Assembly: GCA_038087875.1 (NCBI GenBank)
Contig: CM075989.1
Coordinates: 3,658,001 to 3,722,000 of the forward strand
Origin: Malacoraja senta
Lineage: Eukaryota
Direction of reading: 5' to 3'
Length of the DNA stretch: 64,000 nt
Shown here: one piece after another, positions 60,640 to 64,000 of the stretch
Layout: each line of letters opens with the position of its first letter
Numbering within the stretch: the stretch's first letter is position 1
Made by a program: the position numbers and the translations under genes
Notes under the pieces: generated by a model
Told to the model about the DNA's origin: nothing
Database searches by the model: none
What the model saw: the letters and a program-made list of their open reading frames with translations, nothing else

Positions 60640-61315
60640 TAGGTTCACTTGCACCTCCTCCAACCTCATCTACTGTATCCGCTGTTGCAGGTGTGGACTC
60701 CTGTATATCAGCGAAACCAAGCGCCGGCTCGGCGATTGTTTCGCTGAACACCTCCACTCAGTCCGCCTCAGCCTACATGATCTGCCAGTTGCCAAACACT
60801 TTAACTCCCCTTACTATTCCCACACTGAATTTTTCTGTCCTGGGCCTCCTCCATTGTCAGAGTGAGTCAAATGTAAATTGGAGGAGCAGCACCTCCTATT
60901 TTGTTTGGGCAGCATACACCCCAGTGGCATGAATATTGATTTCTCTAACTTCAAGTAACCCTTGCATCCCCTCTCTCTCCGTCCCTCCCACAATCGAGTC
61001 ATTGTACTAGTTTCAAAGTCGTCTTGTTGAGTCGCAATGTGTGTAACTCGTTTTCACCTATCCCACAACTAACAATGGACTGGTTCCTTTATCATCGTTA
61101 ATTTTTTGCATTGTTTTCATTCATTTGTTCTATATCACTCTACATCACCCTCTATAACTCTTCTTTCCCTCTCCCCTGCCTCTCAGTCTGAAGAAGGGTC
61201 TCGACCCAAAATGTCCCCTATTCCTTTTCTCCAGAGATGCTGCCTGTCCCGCTGAGTTACTCCAGCTTTTTGTGTCTACCTTCGGTCTCTACCAGCGTCT
61301 GCAGTTCCGTCCTAT
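60640..61315 (+). mobile_element. Penelope-like element 3' fragment (GIY-YIG + pLTR)
   Basis: RFTCTSSNLIYCIRCCRCGLLYISETKRRLGDCFAEHL. Confidence 0.85.
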
Positions 61316-61841
61316 AGAGTAGTTAGGGCTTGTTGATTTCTCTAATTTCAAGTAACTCCTGCATTCCCCCCCACTCCCTCCCCCTCCTTTCTCTCCCACT
61401 CCACCCGTTGTCCTACTAGTTCCACAGGTTTGCATTCTTTTATCCCTCTCATTAGCGCATCTTTCCCAGCCAACAGTGGGCCATTATAGGCTCCTTCCTT
61501 CCCGTTGCCGGCCCTAATTTGTTCTAGCCTTTCATCGCCTCAAGTTCCACCATCCCCCCCCCCCCCACGACCTTTCAGTCTGAAGAAGGGGTTCTGACTC
61601 GACGTCACCTATTCCTTCTCTAGAGATGCTGCCTGAATTGCTGTTACTCCAACATTTTGTGTCAATCTTCAGTAGTTAGAGCGTTCCGATTTCCTCCCCC
61701 ACCTACTGCCACCCCAGCTGAGATGAGGTAATTGCAATCACATGGCTCTGTAACATATGAGGCTGAATGTTTACCCACTGAGTTGCGTTTGCTTGGCTGC
61801 TTGTGGAGGTTGCACAAAGTATGGGAAGTGTTCATACAATA

Positions 61842-62143
61842 GGGCGCAGTGGCGCAGCAATAGAGTTGCTGCCTTACAGCGCAAGAGATCTGGGTTCGAT
61901 CCTGACTACGGGTGCTTGTCTGTGCAGAGTTTGTACGTTCTCTCTGTGACCGCGTGGGTTTTCTCCAGGATCTCTGGTCTCCTACCACACTCCAGCGACG
62001 TACAGGTTTGTAGGTTAATTGGCTTGACATCATTGTAAATTGTCCCTAGTGCGTGTAGGGTACTGTTAATGAGCGGGGATCGCTGGTCGACATGGACTCG
62101 ATGGGCCGAAGGGCCTCTTTCCGCACTGTATCTCTAAACTAAA
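61842..62143 (+). mobile_element. HE1/V-SINE-type SINE, full length
   Basis: gggcgcagtggcgcagc head to gtatctctaaactaaac tail. Confidence 0.85.
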
Positions 62144-62239
62144 CAATGGTTCTGCTTTCTGCCACGGCAGAAGGCCAAAGTCTTAAGCCATTACATACTG
62201 TTATTTTTCATTTTTATAATTTCCTTCACTGCCTTTTAG

Positions 62240-62430
62240 ACCGGTGCATCTCCCTTGGAGTGTTCAGATGTTGGATTTTGCGATCGCAGTCATTGTTTCC
62301 AAAGGAATCTGCCAGGTGAGCATTCTGTGCCTCACGGATACATCGCAGAGGATCTCAGTGGATCCACAGTGTCGCCATCTGATGAGGAGGCAGAGGACAC
62401 GGAGTTGTGCAGGAGTAAAGGGAAGAGCAG
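62240..62430 (+). CDS. KIF7: KIF7 coding exon (acidic linker), 191 bp, phase 0-2
   Basis: Acceptor gccttttag|, open frame TGASPLECSD...SPSDEEAEDTELCRSKGKS, donor |gtacga; phase continues from the previous exon, sequence poorly conserved. Confidence 0.7.
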
Positions 62431-62847
62431 GTACGATATATCTCAACTGATACTCTCGGAACAGCTATGTTTCACCAGCATAATCAAGGACGAGTCGCAC
62501 CCTGGTCCCTCCCTCTTCTCCCCTCTCCTATCAGGCAAACGTCGGGGGAGAAAAAAACTCGAGATATGGAACTCTCAGTCTGAATAAGGGTCTCGACCCG
62601 AAACGTCACCCATTCCTTCTCTCCAGAGATGCAGCCTGTCCCGCTGAGTTACTCCAGCATTTTGTGTATCTTCGGTGTAAAACAGCATCTGCAGTTCCTT
62701 CCCACACATCTTTTAATTAGGCTTAATCTAAAGTGACCAAAGCTCTTCATTGCACTCAATACTTCATTCAAACTTGCTTGTCACTCACATCTTCCAATGA
62801 GATAGGTGGCCTCATTAAGAAACTTAGCTTGAGAAGCTGATACAATA

Positions 62848-62989
62848 GCTGGAGTAACTCAGTGGGACAGGCAGCATCACGGGAGAGAAGGAATGGGTGA
62901 TGTTTCGGGTCGAGACCCTTCTTCAAACCCGAAACATCACCCATTCCTTCTCTCCAGAGACGCTGCCTGTCCCGCTGAGTTACTCCAGC
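62848..62989. repeat. Palindrome of two inverted Penelope pLTR segments (63-bp arms, 16-nt spacer)
   Basis: 62848-62910 is the reverse complement of 62927-62989 with few mismatches. Confidence 0.9.
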
Positions 62990-63065
62990 ATTTTGTGTCT
63001 ATCATCGGTGTATAACCAGCATCTGCAGTTCCTTCCTACATTGAGAAGCCTACTCTCAAGTGTCT

Positions 63066-63545
63066 TAATGCCCCTGTCCAACTTAGGCAATTTTTTAGGC
63101 GACTAGGCTGTCGCCACATGGTCGCCAGAGTGTCACCTGTATGGTCGTGAGTCGTCTCCTCAGTCGCCCAAAGAATCGTAACGTTTTTCTGGTCGCCGCT
63201 GGATTTTGAAATGTTCAAAACTTTTCGGCGACAGTTGGCTTGTCGTAGGTTGTCGCCAGGATGATGTAGGTTGCCACCAGTGCTGACTTCGGTGAATTCT
63301 ATTGGCGACTACCTACTTCAACCTACGTCAACCGGCGACAGGTACCGGCGACTGAATTGTCTTCATTTGTCGCCGACAGGGTCGTTACCTTGTCGTAACT
63401 TGTCGCGGGTGGACGTAGGTTGTCGTAGGTGTGGTCGTAGGTGGACGTCCTAATGGGTCGCCGGTTGTCGGTAGCTTGACGTCGACTAGGTGGTAGATTG
63501 TTGTAGACATTGTCTTAGGGGGGTCCAGTCGGCTTTTTTTCTGCT
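63066..63545. mobile_element. Probable Harbinger-like MITE fragment with tgtcg(t/c) subrepeats; right end missing
   Basis: Starts taa-tgcccctgtcc, similar to the TIR of the 24618 element; many gttgtcgtagg repeats. Confidence 0.5.
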
Positions 63546-63897
63546 AGCCTGATGTTATGACATTACTATAGAAGTTGGCAAATCGGAGATCTGTACTACA
63601 CAAGAGTTATTGCCTTCAGGAAAAAAATGGACAATATATTTAGAAATAATTGTGTACGTTTGCAGGGCAGACGATTTACACCATAAAGGAAAGACTTTCT
63701 TAGGATTGCACTTTTATTCAAACAGTACAGCACAGGAACAGGCCTACAATATCTGTACCTGATATGATGACAAATTAAATATTCCCTCTGCTTGCGTGTG
63801 AACTACATCCCTCTATTCCCTGCACATCCAAGTGCCTGTTTAAAAACCTGTTGAATGCCACCGTCATACCCACTTCCACCCCCACCCCCCCAACAGG

Positions 63898-64000
63898 AAG
63901 CATGGTGGCACAGCGTTAGAGTTGCTGCCTTATAGCGCCGGAGACCCGGGTTCCATCCCGACTATGGGCGCTGTCTGTACGGAGATTGTACATTCTCCCC
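63898..64000 (+). mobile_element. HE1/V-SINE-type SINE 5' part, cut by window edge
   Basis: tRNA-like head ggtggcacagcgttagagttgctgcc...ggttccatccc. Confidence 0.8.

Noticed and set aside
61842..61915. tRNA genes at SINE heads (this and other copies)
   Set aside because: A/B-box tRNA-like heads continue straight into the V-domain and CR1-like tail, so they are SINEs
46307..62430. Assignment as KIF27
   Set aside because: Motifs [44 protein letters not shown] and RPHTAP match KIF7 rather than KIF27

Overview
Repeat-dense vertebrate genomic DNA, very probably from a cartilaginous fish (skate/ray/shark), judged from abundant HE1/V-SINE-type SINEs, CR1 LINEs and Penelope fragments. The only host gene I can support is the 5' half of KIF7 (Hedgehog-pathway kinesin-4) on the + strand: a CpG-island promoter and probable non-coding exon 1 near 44.0-44.2 kb, then six coding exons (46307-46710, 51764-51964, 53705-54627, 55475-55615, 58899-59123, 62240-62430). 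The first coding exon carries three single-base indels as assembled; these are probably consensus errors. Upstream (1-43 kb) is a stack of nested mobile elements. It includes a decayed DIRS tyrosine-recombinase retrotransposon split by a 6-kb L1, a 2.78-kb near-identical tandem duplication, a 200-N gap, and a gag-only endogenous retrovirus-like element that has a 3' LTR but a CCAAT-rich promoter-like block where its 5' LTR should be. TIR MITEs inserted into SINEs, Penelope elements with minimal hammerhead-like motifs, and CR1, L2, Rex and Tx1 fragments are spread across the window. No rRNA, true tRNA gene or CRISPR array was found. Family assignments come from recalled motifs, not database searches.
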